From IMG/VR virus record IMGVR_UViG_3300043436_004224: a stretch of 64,000 bases of DNA. The stretch is one strand, 5' to 3'. The position numbers and the translations under genes are program-made. A model generated the notes under the pieces. The model was given only the letters and a program-made list of their open reading frames with translations, did not search any database and was not told where the DNA came from. This DNA is from an uncultured virus (IMG/VR IMGVR_UViG_3300043436_004224). Lineage: Duplodnaviria; Heunggongvirae; Uroviricota; Caudoviricetes. The number at the start of each line of letters is the position of its first letter. The first letter of the stretch is position 1. This document shows, in pieces, positions 1 through 13,131 of this stretch.

Positions 1-224
1 CTCGTGTCCCATCCGAGTTGAGTCTTACAATGCGGTTTACCGTTGTACCGTTAAAAGTTGTAAAATTCCCGCCAAGCAGTATCTTTCCATCTGATTGAAT
101 GTCCCTTGAAAAAATAACATCATTTGCCCCCGTGCCGGTATTTGTGCTAAATGCTGTATCTCGTGTCCCATCCGAGTTGAGTCTTACAATGCGGTTTACC
201 GTTGTACCGTTAAAAGTTGTAAAA
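1..224. repeat. 65-bp exact direct repeat (1-65 and 160-224), period 159 bp, inside delta-60 repeat gene
   Basis: CTCGTGTCCCATCCGAGTTG...GTTGTAAAA is identical in both copies. Confidence 0.95.
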
Positions 225-505
225 GTCCCCCCTAAAACTATCTTTCCGTCTGATTGAATCGCTATTGAGTTAACTGATCCCACTTGACCCGTTGACGACC
301 CAAGGTTAGTATTGAAATTTGCTGGAAAAAAATTTTCTTCGTTACCCAGTGGAGCATCTAAAACACCGCCCTGCAAAAACCAATTTTTCCATTTTTCATC
401 TATCTTGGTCCATGCTGACTTAGCTATTCTCCAGCTTCCAGAGACTTTGACATAAGGAGCTGACATGTTTCTCCATGTCCCAGAAACTTTAGTTTGAGCC
501 CCCAT
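1..505 (-). CDS. Delta-60 repeat (DUF5122-like) beta-propeller protein, probably virion-associated; runs off window start
   Basis: Manual translation from ATG at 505 (overlaps upstream TAA): [13 protein letters not shown]... then two 53-aa repeats IQSDGKI(V/L)LGG(T/N)FTTFNGTTVNRIVRLNSDGTR; not in ORF track because truncated. Confidence 0.8.
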   Translation of the reverse strand, partial: MGAQTKVSGTWRNMSAPYVKVSGSWRIAKSAWTKIDEKWKNWFLQGGVLDAPLGNEENFFPANFNTNLGSSTGQVGSVNSIAIQSDGKIVLGGTFTTFNGTTVNRIVRLNSDGTRDTAFSTNTGTGANDVIFSRDIQSDGKILLGGNFTTFNGTTVNRIVRLNSDGTR

Positions 506-1230
506 TAGCTATAAACAATCCAAAGATCGCCATTGTTGCCATCTCCAGCAGTTGGGCCCGTTGTTGAAGCCTGTATGAAGGTACCGTTTTCTCCGGCCGA
601 TCCAGTAGCACCAGTAGCGCCAGTTGGACCTGTTGGACCAGTCGGACCTCCTGAAGGGCCGGTCGGTCCGGTATCGCCTGTTGCACCAGTAGCACCTGTA
701 GAACCTGTTGGTCCAGTTACTGTTGATGCGGCACCCGTTGCACCTGTAGCACCCGTAGGTCCAGTTGCTCCTGTAGGTCCAGTATCTCCTGCTGCACCAG
801 TCGCACCAGTCGGTCCTGTAGGTCCAGTTGCACCATCAGCTCCCGCAAGTCCACCCTCAACATAGATATTTGCAATTGCTTCATCTACATATGTTTCTGT
901 AGCCAATCCTTCAATATTTGCAGCAGGCCCAGTTGGGCCTGTCGGACCTTGCGGGCCAACATTGTTCTGGCCTGGCTCTATCCAAAAAGAATCGTAGTAA
1001 ACAAAAGTTTTACCGCTAACAGAGTTAAACCATATATCTCCACTGCTTGGGGATGATGGGGGAGTTTCAGAGACCGAGTAGGTATTGCCTTTAGTATTTA
1101 CCCAGGCGGAGCCATCGTGAACATAAACGGCATCTTCGTCTGCCTTAAAAAAGAGATCGCCAGCAGAACCTACCGACGGGAGAGTATTTCCCGACGGTAG
1201 GCCTACAGGGGTTAAAAACTTTTTAGACAT
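505..1230 (-). CDS. Collagen-like (Gly-X-Y) tail fibre or virion protein
   Basis: Long [12 protein letters not shown] triplet tract; lies in structural-gene cluster. Confidence 0.8.
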   Translation of the reverse strand: MSKKFLTPVGLPSGNTLPSVGSAGDLFFKADEDAVYVHDGSAWVNTKGNTYSVSETPPSSPSSGDIWFNSVSGKTFVYYDSFWIEPGQNNVGPQGPTGPTGPAANIEGLATETYVDEAIANIYVEGGLAGADGATGPTGPTGATGAAGDTGPTGATGPTGATGATGAASTVTGPTGSTGATGATGDTGPTGPSGGPTGPTGPTGATGATGSAGENGTFIQASTTGPTAGDGNNGDLWIVYS

Positions 1231-1257
1231 TACCTATCCTTATGTAGATATAGGTTA

Positions 1258-3348
1258 TTAGCCTACTATAACAACTTGGTAAGAATCGGCATCAACATCG
1301 TCTGCTGCTACCCAACTCAAAGTTGCGGTGTTGGTGTTAGTTCTGTCTACGTCAACTATTACTTCGTCAAAGCTGGCGATGTCGTAAACCTGGATTACTA
1401 CGTTCCTAGTTCCTAGGTTGTGAGTAACTGTCCAAGTAACGGATCCGCTTGTTTCGGTTAGTAGTGGGTTTGCTGCAGTGTACTTAGTTGTTGCACCAAG
1501 GTTTGTGCGAGCATCGGCTGCAGTAGTTGCACCAGTACCACCGTTTGCAATAGCAATGGTTGTACCGTTCCATGTACCAGTAGCAATTGTTCCTACTGTG
1601 GTAATGGATGACTGACCAGCGTAAGTAGACGCAATGTCAATCGCATCAGCAGCTACTGTAATTCTGTCAGCAGTGCCTACTGCGTTGAAGATGTTACCGT
1701 CTAGGGTTAGACCGTCGCCTGCAAGGAATGTTCCAGCACCAGAGAACTGTACCCAGGCAATGTTGTCAGTGCCTAGAGTTGCTATAACATTTGTCTGTAC
1801 AAAACCAGCGTTGCCGTATGTGGCACCCTGATCTACGAATACGAAGTCACCTGGATCAATTTCGCCAGCACTGTCATAGTCAAGTGCACGAGAAAGAGTA
1901 GTTCCGTTAGATACGTAGATACCGTTCTGAGCTGCGTTTGTCTGAGCTCTAACAAGAACTCGGTCTCCGCTATTGATGGTTACGCCATCAACAGCTGCAA
2001 CTCCAGAGCCTAGGTTAACGTTTCCAGTTGTTGCTGCCTTTACAGAAGCGTGGACGTGTAGCCCTTCAGCTACTGAATCAACGTAGCCCTTGGTTGCTGC
2101 ATCGGTAGCATCAACAGGAGCACCTAAATTGGTGATTTTGTAGGTGCCAGCACTTAGGTCAGCGCTAAGAGCAGAACCAGAGCCCAATGTTTTGTTAGTT
2201 AGGGTCTGAGTGTCAGTGGTTCCTACTACGTTTCCAGTAACTCCGTGAACGCCACTGGTGTCGTCTGCGTGATCTGCAAGTTCGAGATCAACGTAGTTCT
2301 TAGTAGCTGCATCCTGTGCGCTTGTTGGGTCAGCAAGATCAACAATCTTGTTCTGGTCTGCATCTACGTTTGCACTTAGTACAGTTCCTGAACCTAGGGT
2401 CTTGTTGGTTAGTGTCTGAGAGTCAGTGTCACCGACAACGTTTCCGGTTACTCCGTGAACGCCTGACTGAGCTGTGGTGTGGTCATCTAGGTTGTCCTGG
2501 ACGCCATCTACATAGTCCTTAGTGGCGATCTCATTGCCAGCAACAGCTGAACCAATGTAGGAATCACCGTCTGCACTAAGGATAATGTCGCCAGTAGTTG
2601 CTGTGATGTTAACATCGGCACCTGTAGCTACTGTCTTAAGGTCAAGATTTCCAAAGTTAGCCTTAACTTCAAACTCGTGAGTTGTTGGCTTAACCGCAAT
2701 TTCGCCTTCATTAGCAATTGTTACACCGTCTGTGAAGTGCAGTGTGTCAATAATTCTCTTGTTTGAGAGGTCTTGAGTGTCGGTAGTTCCTACAACAGAG
2801 CCAGTTACGCCGTGAACGCCAGAAGATGCTTCAGTGTGATCATCTAAGTTGTCCTGAACACCACTTGCAGCACCAGCTGCGTCGTATGCGGATGCGGTTG
2901 CATCCAATGCACGCTGGTTGGTGAAGTACCTGTTAGTGGTTCCTTCTGTTAGATCATCAGTATCTGAGTCAGCAACGCCGTTCTCAGCTGTGATGGTAAG
3001 ACCGCTACCGTTACCAGTAATGGTGATGTTAGTTAGGGTTGCACCTGTTAGAAGAGCAGCTGCATCGGTCTTAGCGCGTGCAGTAGTGTAATAAAGATTA
3101 CTGGAGCCCTCGTCGATGTCGTCTGTGTCAGCAGCAGCAATAGCAGCATTAATTGCTTCTTCAACGTTGCCACCGGCAGCAAGGGATACCCAGGCGGTGC
3201 CGTTCCAGATAGTTAGTTGCTTAGTGTCAGTGTCATAGTAGATCTGACCTTCAACAGGGCTAGATGGAGCGACGGATAAGTTTTGAATCTTTGCATTTAA
3301 AAGCTCATTCTTATTAAGATTGAGCCCAGTTAGAAATTGACGAGCCAT
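1258..3348 (-). CDS. Tail fibre or virion structural protein with internal repeats
   Basis: T/G/A/D-rich, 696 aa; three DDHT..SGVHGVTG.VVG.TD.Q.L.NK repeats, DAATKxYVD motifs, GDRVLVRAQT..QNGIY tail-fibre segment. Confidence 0.75.
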   Translation of the reverse strand: MARQFLTGLNLNKNELLNAKIQNLSVAPSSPVEGQIYYDTDTKQLTIWNGTAWVSLAAGGNVEEAINAAIAAADTDDIDEGSSNLYYTTARAKTDAAALLTGATLTNITITGNGSGLTITAENGVADSDTDDLTEGTTNRYFTNQRALDATASAYDAAGAASGVQDNLDDHTEASSGVHGVTGSVVGTTDTQDLSNKRIIDTLHFTDGVTIANEGEIAVKPTTHEFEVKANFGNLDLKTVATGADVNITATTGDIILSADGDSYIGSAVAGNEIATKDYVDGVQDNLDDHTTAQSGVHGVTGNVVGDTDSQTLTNKTLGSGTVLSANVDADQNKIVDLADPTSAQDAATKNYVDLELADHADDTSGVHGVTGNVVGTTDTQTLTNKTLGSGSALSADLSAGTYKITNLGAPVDATDAATKGYVDSVAEGLHVHASVKAATTGNVNLGSGVAAVDGVTINSGDRVLVRAQTNAAQNGIYVSNGTTLSRALDYDSAGEIDPGDFVFVDQGATYGNAGFVQTNVIATLGTDNIAWVQFSGAGTFLAGDGLTLDGNIFNAVGTADRITVAADAIDIASTYAGQSSITTVGTIATGTWNGTTIAIANGGTGATTAADARTNLGATTKYTAANPLLTETSGSVTWTVTHNLGTRNVVIQVYDIASFDEVIVDVDRTNTNTATLSWVAADDVDADSYQVVIVG

Positions 3349-3366
3349 TGTTAATGTTCTTCTTTC

Positions 3367-3684
3367 TTATGAGAGATGAGCTTTTCCAGAGATTGCCGCT
3401 GAAAAAGTAATGATTAGTGTTACTTGATTGGTGTGATTGACTGTGCCCTCTACCATTGAGTTAGCGCTATCGTAAACGGTAACGTTCGGGTAGAAGTTTA
3501 GGTTGTGGTTTACTGTCCACTCAGCTGATGCAGCCCCCTGGTTGTGTACGTATGAAACTAGATCTATTATTTCGTCAGACTGAAGACCAGAAACTCCTGC
3601 TTCACCCTGGGGTCCGGGCGCAGTGACTACTATCTGTCTTATGTTCCTACCAGAGCTAACGGTGCTTGGGACATCGCTTGGCAT
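3367..3684 (-). CDS. Virion structural protein (minor tail)
   Basis: WTVNHNLNFYPNVTVYD resembles the C-terminal WTVTHNLG motif of the adjacent fibre gene. Confidence 0.6.
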   Translation of the reverse strand: MPSDVPSTVSSGRNIRQIVVTAPGPQGEAGVSGLQSDEIIDLVSYVHNQGAASAEWTVNHNLNFYPNVTVYDSANSMVEGTVNHTNQVTLIITFSAAISGKAHLS

Positions 3685-4046
3685 TATCTGGTTACCTCCG
3701 GCCTAACTACAAAATTTCCGCGTAATATTTTGTATACGTACAAGTTGCTACTAGGGGCTACCATCTCTAGGTCGTATAAATACTTACCCTCTGAGATAGT
3801 CGCCATAGTCTCATCTGAAACGTACAAATTGATATGGCCGTTACTCTCGCCTAGAGTGATTCCGTCATTTTCTGTAGTAAGATTTAAAATCACTTCAGAG
3901 CTGTTGGAAGCGAGCCTAACTTTCATTCTGGCTGTATATCCCCGCAGAAGAATGGGCTTTTTAGCCGGATCTCTCCAAACAATTGTGCGTGCCAGGGTGG
4001 AACCTTGGTCAGCTACAATGTTATAAAGACCGGCAGGAGCACTCAT
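3684..4046 (-). CDS. Phage baseplate or tail-associated protein
   Basis: DQGSTL...GYTARMKVR...YLYDLEM...ILRGNFVVRPEVTR pattern typical of small phage virion proteins; coupled to downstream gene. Confidence 0.55.
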   Translation of the reverse strand: MSAPAGLYNIVADQGSTLARTIVWRDPAKKPILLRGYTARMKVRLASNSSEVILNLTTENDGITLGESNGHINLYVSDETMATISEGKYLYDLEMVAPSSNLYVYKILRGNFVVRPEVTR

Positions 4047-4125
4047 TTAACTCTTTCGGCAAGGGTACAGTCTCTATTATTTTACCTCATTTAGAGTTTG
4101 CCAATAAGGGCCGTATACTATCTAT

Positions 4126-4353
4126 ATGAGTACAAGCTTAGAAACTATAGAAGTCTCTGAACTAGAGACTGAAGACGTAAATAGGTTTGCTCATTACGCT
4201 GAAAAAGTGTCGGTAACTGAGGGTTATGTCTTAGGCACACCTGTCCTTGCCGTATGCGGTAAACTTTTTATTCCTTCTAGGGACCCCAAAAAATTTCCTC
4301 TTTGCCCGATTTGCAAAAAAATTTCTGAGGCGTTATTCTTTTCTGAAGAGTAA
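4126..4353 (+). CDS. DUF3039-family actinobacterial protein
   Basis: FAHY...GTPVLAVCGK.FIPSRDPKKFPLCPIC motif; leaderless (TATACT at 4114, 6 nt before ATG). Confidence 0.8.
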   Translation: MSTSLETIEVSELETEDVNRFAHYAEKVSVTEGYVLGTPVLAVCGKLFIPSRDPKKFPLCPICKKISEALFFSEE

Positions 4354-4465
4354 AAATCAACCTTTGTTTTTTGTTCTATACTGGTAACCCAGCCAGTCCT
4401 GACGTTGATCTTTAGATTAAAAACGTCAGGATTTCTCATCTCTCCCTTAGGAAGGTACCTAAAAA

Positions 4466-4687
4466 ATGGTAACTGTGTACACTTTGCCGTCGTGCGTTCA
4501 ATGCGAAAGCACAAAAAAATATTTAGCAAAGATGGACATACCATTTGAGACAGTAGATTTGGCAGAAGACGAGGTCGCTATGGATCTTGTTAGAAGTCTT
4601 GGATATCAAGCAGCTCCTGTAATTGTTTCTGGAGATAGCCACTGGAGCGGGTTCCGCCCAGACAAGCTAGACGCCCTAACTAACTGA
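4466..4687 (+). CDS. nrdH: Glutaredoxin-like NrdH
   Basis: CVQC active site, WSGFRPD motif, first gene of nrdHIEF. Confidence 0.95.
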   Translation: MVTVYTLPSCVQCESTKKYLAKMDIPFETVDLAEDEVAMDLVRSLGYQAAPVIVSGDSHWSGFRPDKLDALTN

Positions 4688-5082
4688 GGCATCGTGTTTG
4701 ACATCGTTTATTTTTCGAACGTGTCTGAAAACACTAAAAGGTTTGTAGAAAAACTTGAGCTAAACTCCATAAGAGTTCCAATCAAGTGGGATGACAATAA
4801 CCCCCTAATAGTGACCAAAGACTTTGTTTTAGTCACTCCCTCTTACGGGGGCGGGGCTGAAGGCAAGACTGTTCCTAGGCCTGTAGTTAAGTTTCTTAAC
4901 TTAGAGGTAAACAGAAAGTTTTTACGAGGTATTGTAGGAACCGGAAATACCAACTTTGGCGACCACTACTGTGGGGCAGCTGAAGTTATTGCAGCAAAGA
5001 CAGGTGTGCCTTTGCTGTATCGAGTAGAAGTTACTGGCACACCGGATGATGTGATTGAAGTTAAAGAGAGGCTAGACCAACT

Positions 5083-8160
<3,078 letters not shown>

Positions 8161-8161
<1 letters not shown>

Positions 8162-8346
8162 TGCCAACCTATGAATACAAATGTTCAGAAAATCCTGAAC
8201 ACCGATTTACAGAAATACGTGAAATGTCAGAAGAAGCAAGTAGATCAACTTGCGCTGAACCAAGCTGCGATGGTAGACTCATACGTATATTCGGAACTCC
8301 TTCTATTAGATTTAATGGGACGGGGTTTAACTCAAGTCGAGGTTGA
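8161..8346 (+). CDS. FmdB-family zinc ribbon protein
   Basis: MPTYEYKC...C..C...RIFG.PSIRFNGTGF. Confidence 0.8.
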
Positions 8347-8361
8347 AAGGTGCGCACTTAA

Positions 8362-8724
8362 ATGGCAGGTCTTTACCCGACGGAGGGGACTGGAATAGTT
8401 CCATGGTTTCTACTTAACACCGATGCTGTGCCGCTTTGTGCTGAAACAGACCCTGATGCTTTTTTCTCTAAAGACTATTTTGACGATGAAGACAAAAGAC
8501 CTCGTACATTGTCTTACGAAAACGAGCGTGCTACAAAAGCAATATGCGCTGAGTGCCCGATGAAACTCGACTGTCTAACATATGCAATTGAAACTGGTCA
8601 GCACGGGATCTGGGGAGGCACTACGGAAAACGAGCGCTTAGCTATTCGTAGGGGTAGAGGTATTAAGCTGCAACGAGCCCTAGGACTAACTCCTACTAAG
8701 AGAGTTCAAAACGCGGTAAAATAG
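8362..8724 (+). CDS. whiB: WhiB-family Fe-S transcription factor
   Basis: Four Cys (C..TDPDAFF, CAEC, DCL) plus GIWGG turn and TENER. Confidence 0.93.
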   Translation: MAGLYPTEGTGIVPWFLLNTDAVPLCAETDPDAFFSKDYFDDEDKRPRTLSYENERATKAICAECPMKLDCLTYAIETGQHGIWGGTTENERLAIRRGRGIKLQRALGLTPTKRVQNAVK

Positions 8725-8777
8725 AAGAGCCTGGGAGAGAGGCATTTAACCTATTAACTCTACCCAGGGAGATACCT

Positions 8778-9038
8778 TTGAATATCCTAAAAACAGTCAC
8801 TAAGAGGACTATAGCTCTTATCATCCTACGTGTCAGCGGAACCCTTGCTGGTGGTAGCATCGCTGGAGTTGAGCTCTGGCAAGCAGCAATGTTGGCAGCC
8901 TTTATTGGTGTAATGGACGTTGCTGAATCACTATCCAGATCATACGTAGTTGACGGAGATCTAAGTGAAGAAGAGATCCAGCGCGCTTTTGCAAGCTCAG
9001 CTGAAGCAGAACTTTCAAGTCAGAGCAAGAAAAAGTAA
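8778..9038 (+). CDS. Small membrane protein, holin-like; paralogue of 37097-37381
   Basis: Two hydrophobic segments; GVELW...DG.L...EI..AFA shared with 37097-37381. Confidence 0.55.
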   Translation: MNILKTVTKRTIALIILRVSGTLAGGSIAGVELWQAAMLAAFIGVMDVAESLSRSYVVDGDLSEEEIQRAFASSAEAELSSQSKKK

Positions 9039-9114
9039 AGTAATAGACTAAAAACCTCTAAAAAGAGGGCTACATCAATTTGGTGTGGCCCTCTTTTTCT
9101 GCTATGGTGTATAC

Positions 9115-9357
9115 ATGGATATGAATTTTGAAGACTGGCTAAAGCTAGGTATTGAAAATGGTTGGTGTGGTCCAGCTGTCTGCTACACTCACGATGGGCT
9201 GCCTACATCAGAACCTGAAGATGCTGAGTTTGAAGAGGGCAATGACCCCTGTCTTCACATCATTAGACTGTATGAAGATGACGACCACAAAGCTGCAATC
9301 GAGGCTGCCCACTCTCCTTCAACTTGGAGAGCATCTAACCGCGGTATTGACGTTTAA
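9115..9357 (+). CDS. Hypothetical phage protein
   Basis: ORF; start moved to ATG 9115, which lies 6 nt after TATGGT (leaderless). Confidence 0.65.
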   Translation: MDMNFEDWLKLGIENGWCGPAVCYTHDGLPTSEPEDAEFEEGNDPCLHIIRLYEDDDHKAAIEAAHSPSTWRASNRGIDV

Positions 9358-9368
9358 AAGGAGATAAA

Positions 9369-9503
9369 ATGGCAAAAGGAAAAGGTGGAGCTCCAGCTCC
9401 TGCAGCAAAGAACACTTCTGGCGAAGGCCGTAATAACGGTAAAGCCGTAAAGAAGCACCCTAAAGTATTTGACCCTGTCAAGCGTAGATTAGTTAATAAG
9501 TAA
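9369..9503 (+). CDS. Small basic protein (44 aa)
   Basis: AAGGAG RBS then MAKGKGGAPAPAAKNTSGEGRNNGKAVKKHPKVFDPVKRRLVNK; below ORF-track cutoff. Confidence 0.65.
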   Translation: MAKGKGGAPAPAAKNTSGEGRNNGKAVKKHPKVFDPVKRRLVNK

Positions 9504-9510
9504 CTAGTAA

Positions 9511-9582
9511 TCCTCTCTAGCTCAACGGCAGAGCGTTCGACTGTTAATCGGATGGTTCGTGGTTCGAATCCACGGAGGGGAG
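9511..9582 (+). tRNA. tRNA-Asn (GTT)
   Basis: Cloverleaf: TCCTCTC/GAGGGGA acceptor, TTCGA-CTGTTAA-TCGGA anticodon arm, GGTTCGAATCC T arm; CCA not encoded. Confidence 0.93.
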
Positions 9583-9678
9583 CGGAGACTCAAATCTCCA
9601 AGAAGCGGGCCCATCAGTAAACGAGCTATTCTCAAAAAATCTGAAACGGGTCCGCTTTTTATGTTTTATTTTTAACTA

Positions 9679-10308
9679 TTAAATTTCGTGAGCCAGTCTC
9701 TGGTGTTCAGGCGGTATGACTGCGTAGTTAGGCTTATACTCTATGCTTGTATCTACAACATCAAAGAAGTGGCTAAGAATATTTATTCTAGATCCGCTAG
9801 AGACTTTGTTTACTGCATGTCTAGTGTAGAATCCTGGGAAAAACACTAAGGTCCCGGCAGTTGGTTTTAGCGATATTTTTTGATGTTCAAAAACTAATTC
9901 TCCGCCCTCATAGTCATCGTTTAAAAACAAACCCATAACGTATGTCATGCTGTTTAACTCTTCTATTGGCTGATCTATTGGCCTATCATCCGTGTGTCCA
10001 TCTAGATAGGCCCCTTGGTGCATATAGTTAACATGAGATCTGTTTAGCTCGAAAGAGGTTCCTCGCATTTTATACTTATCAAGAAAAAATTGTTTGCCAA
10101 AAGCTACTGCTTCATAGAGCACATGCTCTGGATCAAATTTGTTAAAAGTATCTTTATTGGAAAAACTCTCTGGTCCGCCTAAGCTTAGGTTGCCATAAAA
10201 CTCTCTAGGGTCTTCATCCTCGTGAATTAAAAAATACTTTAAAAGGTCTGAACACTGCTTTTTAGTTATGTAGTTTTCAATAACATAGTATGGCTCTATG
10301 GTGTTCAA
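9679..10308 (-). CDS. 2OG-Fe(II) oxygenase (prolyl-4-hydroxylase-like)
   Basis: HTD...LNDDYEGGEL.F...H.V..V.SGSR. Confidence 0.88.
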   Translation of the reverse strand: MNTIEPYYVIENYITKKQCSDLLKYFLIHEDEDPREFYGNLSLGGPESFSNKDTFNKFDPEHVLYEAVAFGKQFFLDKYKMRGTSFELNRSHVNYMHQGAYLDGHTDDRPIDQPIEELNSMTYVMGLFLNDDYEGGELVFEHQKISLKPTAGTLVFFPGFYTRHAVNKVSSGSRINILSHFFDVVDTSIEYKPNYAVIPPEHQRLAHEI

Positions 10309-10396
10309 GTGGGCTCCTATACAAAGATTTAAACATAATTATACCTTAATTTAAAACTAAAGACTAAGCGCTAGTTTACGGTATTAGTATAGTCTT

Positions 10397-11833
10397 ATGA
10401 GAATTTTAGGTATAAATGAGACTACCCATGATGCCTCTGTTTGCGTGCTAGAAGATGACAATATACTCTTTGCCGGGCATGCTGAGCGCTACTCAAAAGT
10501 GAAAAATGATTGGTTTACTAATCCTGAAATATTAGACGAAGCACTGTCTTATGGTAAGCCAGATGCAATTGCATATTATGAGCGGCCGCTAATAAAAAAG
10601 CTTAGAATTGCAACTAAGGGTGGCTTTGGTGGGGGCAAACCTTTTTATAAAACCTATGCCCCATTAAAGGGCATTAAGTCCTACAACTTCTCCCATCACT
10701 ACTCTCATGCGGCCGCTGGGTACTATACTTCTAATTTTAAAGACGCGCTTATTGTAGTTTTAGATTCTATTGGAGAATTTGATACCGGATCAGTATGGAT
10801 TGGTAGTGGGTCGAACATAAAATCTCTAAAAAAATTAAAATATCCAATGAGCTTTGGTCTTTTTTATTCTGCATTTACAGATTTACTAGGGCTTAAAGCT
10901 AATGAAGAAGAGTACATAATGATGGGGATGGCAGCTTATGGGGATCCCGAGAGGTACTGGGAAAAAGTGAATAGCTACTTCCCGATGTCGGGGGTACAAA
11001 AGTACAACTTTCATCAAGGTATAACGGACTGGACTGAGCCCATCGGCGATCAGGATCGCTTTGATGTTGCAGCCGCTGTTCAAAAAGTTTATGAGGCCAG
11101 GCTCTGGGAACTTATGTGTATGTGGAAAGCAAGGACTGGAAAAGACAATTTAGTCTTTATGGGCGGATGTGCCCTGAATAGTAAAGCTAACACAATGCTT
11201 TGGAAAATATTTAAAAATGTTTGGATTATGCCTAATCCTGGTGATTCCGGGTCAGCGTTAGGTGCAGCTGCAGCTTTATATGGGGATCATGTTAGTTGGA
11301 GTGGTCCTTATTTAGGGACAAGTATTGGTGGCTCGTACCCAGCTGAAAAAATAATAAACGCTATTATCAAAGATGGAGTAGCTGCAGTGGCAAATGGTAG
11401 AGCTGAGTACGGGCCAAGGGCTCTGGGGAATAGGAGTATCTTGGCTGACCCTCGGGATCCCGACATAAAGGACAAAGTAAATTTAATAAAGCAACGGGAG
11501 TTGTTTAGGCCCTTTGCACCAGTAGTTATGGAAGAGCATGCTAGTGAATGGTTCGATATGGACTATGCCTCCCCTTATATGCAATATACCCCTAAATGTT
11601 TGAAGCCAGAATTAGTCCCTGCGGTTGTTCATATAGATGGCACGTCTAGGGTACAGACAGTTAGTAGGAAGCAAAATCCTGGTCTTTACAGTGTTTTAGA
11701 GAAGTGGTACAAGCTTACTGGAGTACCTATTCTCTTAAATACAAGTTTAAATGTAAAAGGTCAACCTATAATTAATGATAAAGTTGACATAAGCAACTGG
11801 GAAAAACACTACAAAAGGAAAATATTATTTTAA
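10397..11833 (+). CDS. Carbamoyltransferase (NodU/CmcH family)
   Basis: HDAS, HHYSHAA, GGCALN, GPRALGNRSIL, FRPFAP, HIDGTSRVQTV, LNTSLN. Confidence 0.93.
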   Translation: MRILGINETTHDASVCVLEDDNILFAGHAERYSKVKNDWFTNPEILDEALSYGKPDAIAYYERPLIKKLRIATKGGFGGGKPFYKTYAPLKGIKSYNFSHHYSHAAAGYYTSNFKDALIVVLDSIGEFDTGSVWIGSGSNIKSLKKLKYPMSFGLFYSAFTDLLGLKANEEEYIMMGMAAYGDPERYWEKVNSYFPMSGVQKYNFHQGITDWTEPIGDQDRFDVAAAVQKVYEARLWELMCMWKARTGKDNLVFMGGCALNSKANTMLWKIFKNVWIMPNPGDSGSALGAAAALYGDHVSWSGPYLGTSIGGSYPAEKIINAIIKDGVAAVANGRAEYGPRALGNRSILADPRDPDIKDKVNLIKQRELFRPFAPVVMEEHASEWFDMDYASPYMQYTPKCLKPELVPAVVHIDGTSRVQTVSRKQNPGLYSVLEKWYKLTGVPILLNTSLNVKGQPIINDKVDISNWEKHYKRKILF

Positions 11834-11946
11834 TAAAATTTTTGTACTATCTTGAAAATTTATACTTAAAAGTTAAACATTTTTTTTGTCCTCCAAAAAA
11901 AGACAAAACCAAGTACATTTATTAATATAGCATATAAGATACTCAC

Positions 11947-12477
11947 GTGGAAACAATAAAACATTACAGCCAAATTTGGGAAGTTCAAGGGTTTCTTTCA
12001 AAAGAAGAACTTCTATATTTTAATGAGCTTCCGAGTAAGGTTTTAGAGCTAGACTGGTTTTCTGTGGACGGGCCGGAGCACTGGAGGGGCAGAGATCTTG
12101 TTCTAGAAAAAACTTTAGAACTTGACAATTTAGAAAAAAAAGTTGCTTCTTTGTTTAAAAATTATGAGCGAATTCATGACATACAAAGCCTTCTTCGTTA
12201 TAGGTCCGGGGATATGCTGGGAGAGCACAGGGACAATAGCGAAGAGTCGGACTATAACAACATATACGGTCTAATAATTTACTTAAATGACGACTACGAG
12301 GGCGGGGAAATTTACTATCCAGATGTAAATATTAAGATAAAACCTAAGGCAGGATCTATTGTCATTCATGACGCGGGCATCCTTCACGGAGTAAAGCCTG
12401 TCGTTGGTACTAAGATAAGATATGTCTTAACTAGTTTTGTTAAAGGTGACAAAACAACATGTTTTTTAGGAGAATGA
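11947..12477 (+). CDS. 2OG-Fe(II) oxygenase
   Basis: HRD...YLNDDYEGGEI...HGV..V....RY. Confidence 0.88.
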   Translation: METIKHYSQIWEVQGFLSKEELLYFNELPSKVLELDWFSVDGPEHWRGRDLVLEKTLELDNLEKKVASLFKNYERIHDIQSLLRYRSGDMLGEHRDNSEESDYNNIYGLIIYLNDDYEGGEIYYPDVNIKIKPKAGSIVIHDAGILHGVKPVVGTKIRYVLTSFVKGDKTTCFLGE

Positions 12478-12478
12478 A

Positions 12479-13048
12479 ATGCTGTCTGATCAGTTTGTTT
12501 TAGATATTTTAGACAATAAAAAGAACGGCTATTATGTGGAGCTAGGTGGGGCTGATCCGATAGAGGGAAGCAACACTTATAGTCTAGAAACAAAATATGG
12601 TTGGAAAGGGGTCTCTTTTGATTGGAACGAAAAACACGCTGAGAATTTTAATCAGCTTAGAGAGAATCCGTGTCTTGCAGAAAATGCTTTAACTTTTGAC
12701 CATAGGAAGTACTTTGAAGAGAACAATTTTCCGGAGAGAATAGACTATCTACAAGTTGATGTAGACACCGGTTACACAGCGGGTGGTCGTCCAATAAGTA
12801 ATCCTGCAGCAAACCTACTTGGTTTAATTTCTCTTCCACTAAATTCATATAGGTTTTCAGTAATTACCTTCGAGCACGATGCTTTAATTCACTTTAAACT
12901 GGGGTCTGTTAGGGATGCCGCCCGTGAGATTCTTGATGGCTTGGGCTATTCTCTAGTTCAACGTCACACTTGGGAAGACTGGTGGGTTGATCCAGAAATA
13001 TCTCACTATATGACATACAGAAAACATTTTATTGCTTTAGCCCCATAG
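12479..13048 (+). CDS. FkbM-like SAM-dependent methyltransferase
   Basis: GYYVELGGAD..GSNT..LE..YGWKG, IDYLQVDVD, ITFEHD, WEDWWV. Confidence 0.75.
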   Translation: MLSDQFVLDILDNKKNGYYVELGGADPIEGSNTYSLETKYGWKGVSFDWNEKHAENFNQLRENPCLAENALTFDHRKYFEENNFPERIDYLQVDVDTGYTAGGRPISNPAANLLGLISLPLNSYRFSVITFEHDALIHFKLGSVRDAAREILDGLGYSLVQRHTWEDWWVDPEISHYMTYRKHFIALAP

Positions 13049-13131
13049 CTAGCTAAAAACCTGCGCTGGGCCCCCTTTTTACTGTTTTTGTGTTAGGATT
13101 TCATTAATAGCACTATACAGGGAGAAATTTA

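Noticed and set aside
533..865. Antisense or alternate-frame ORFs over collagen and Pro/Glu repeats (also 16994-18695 and 35232-35796)
   Set aside because: These are shadows of low-complexity repeats that lack stop codons in other frames.
1..3348. Diversity-generating retroelement acting on fibre genes
   Set aside because: There is no reverse transcriptase and no template/variable repeat pair differing only at adenines in this window.
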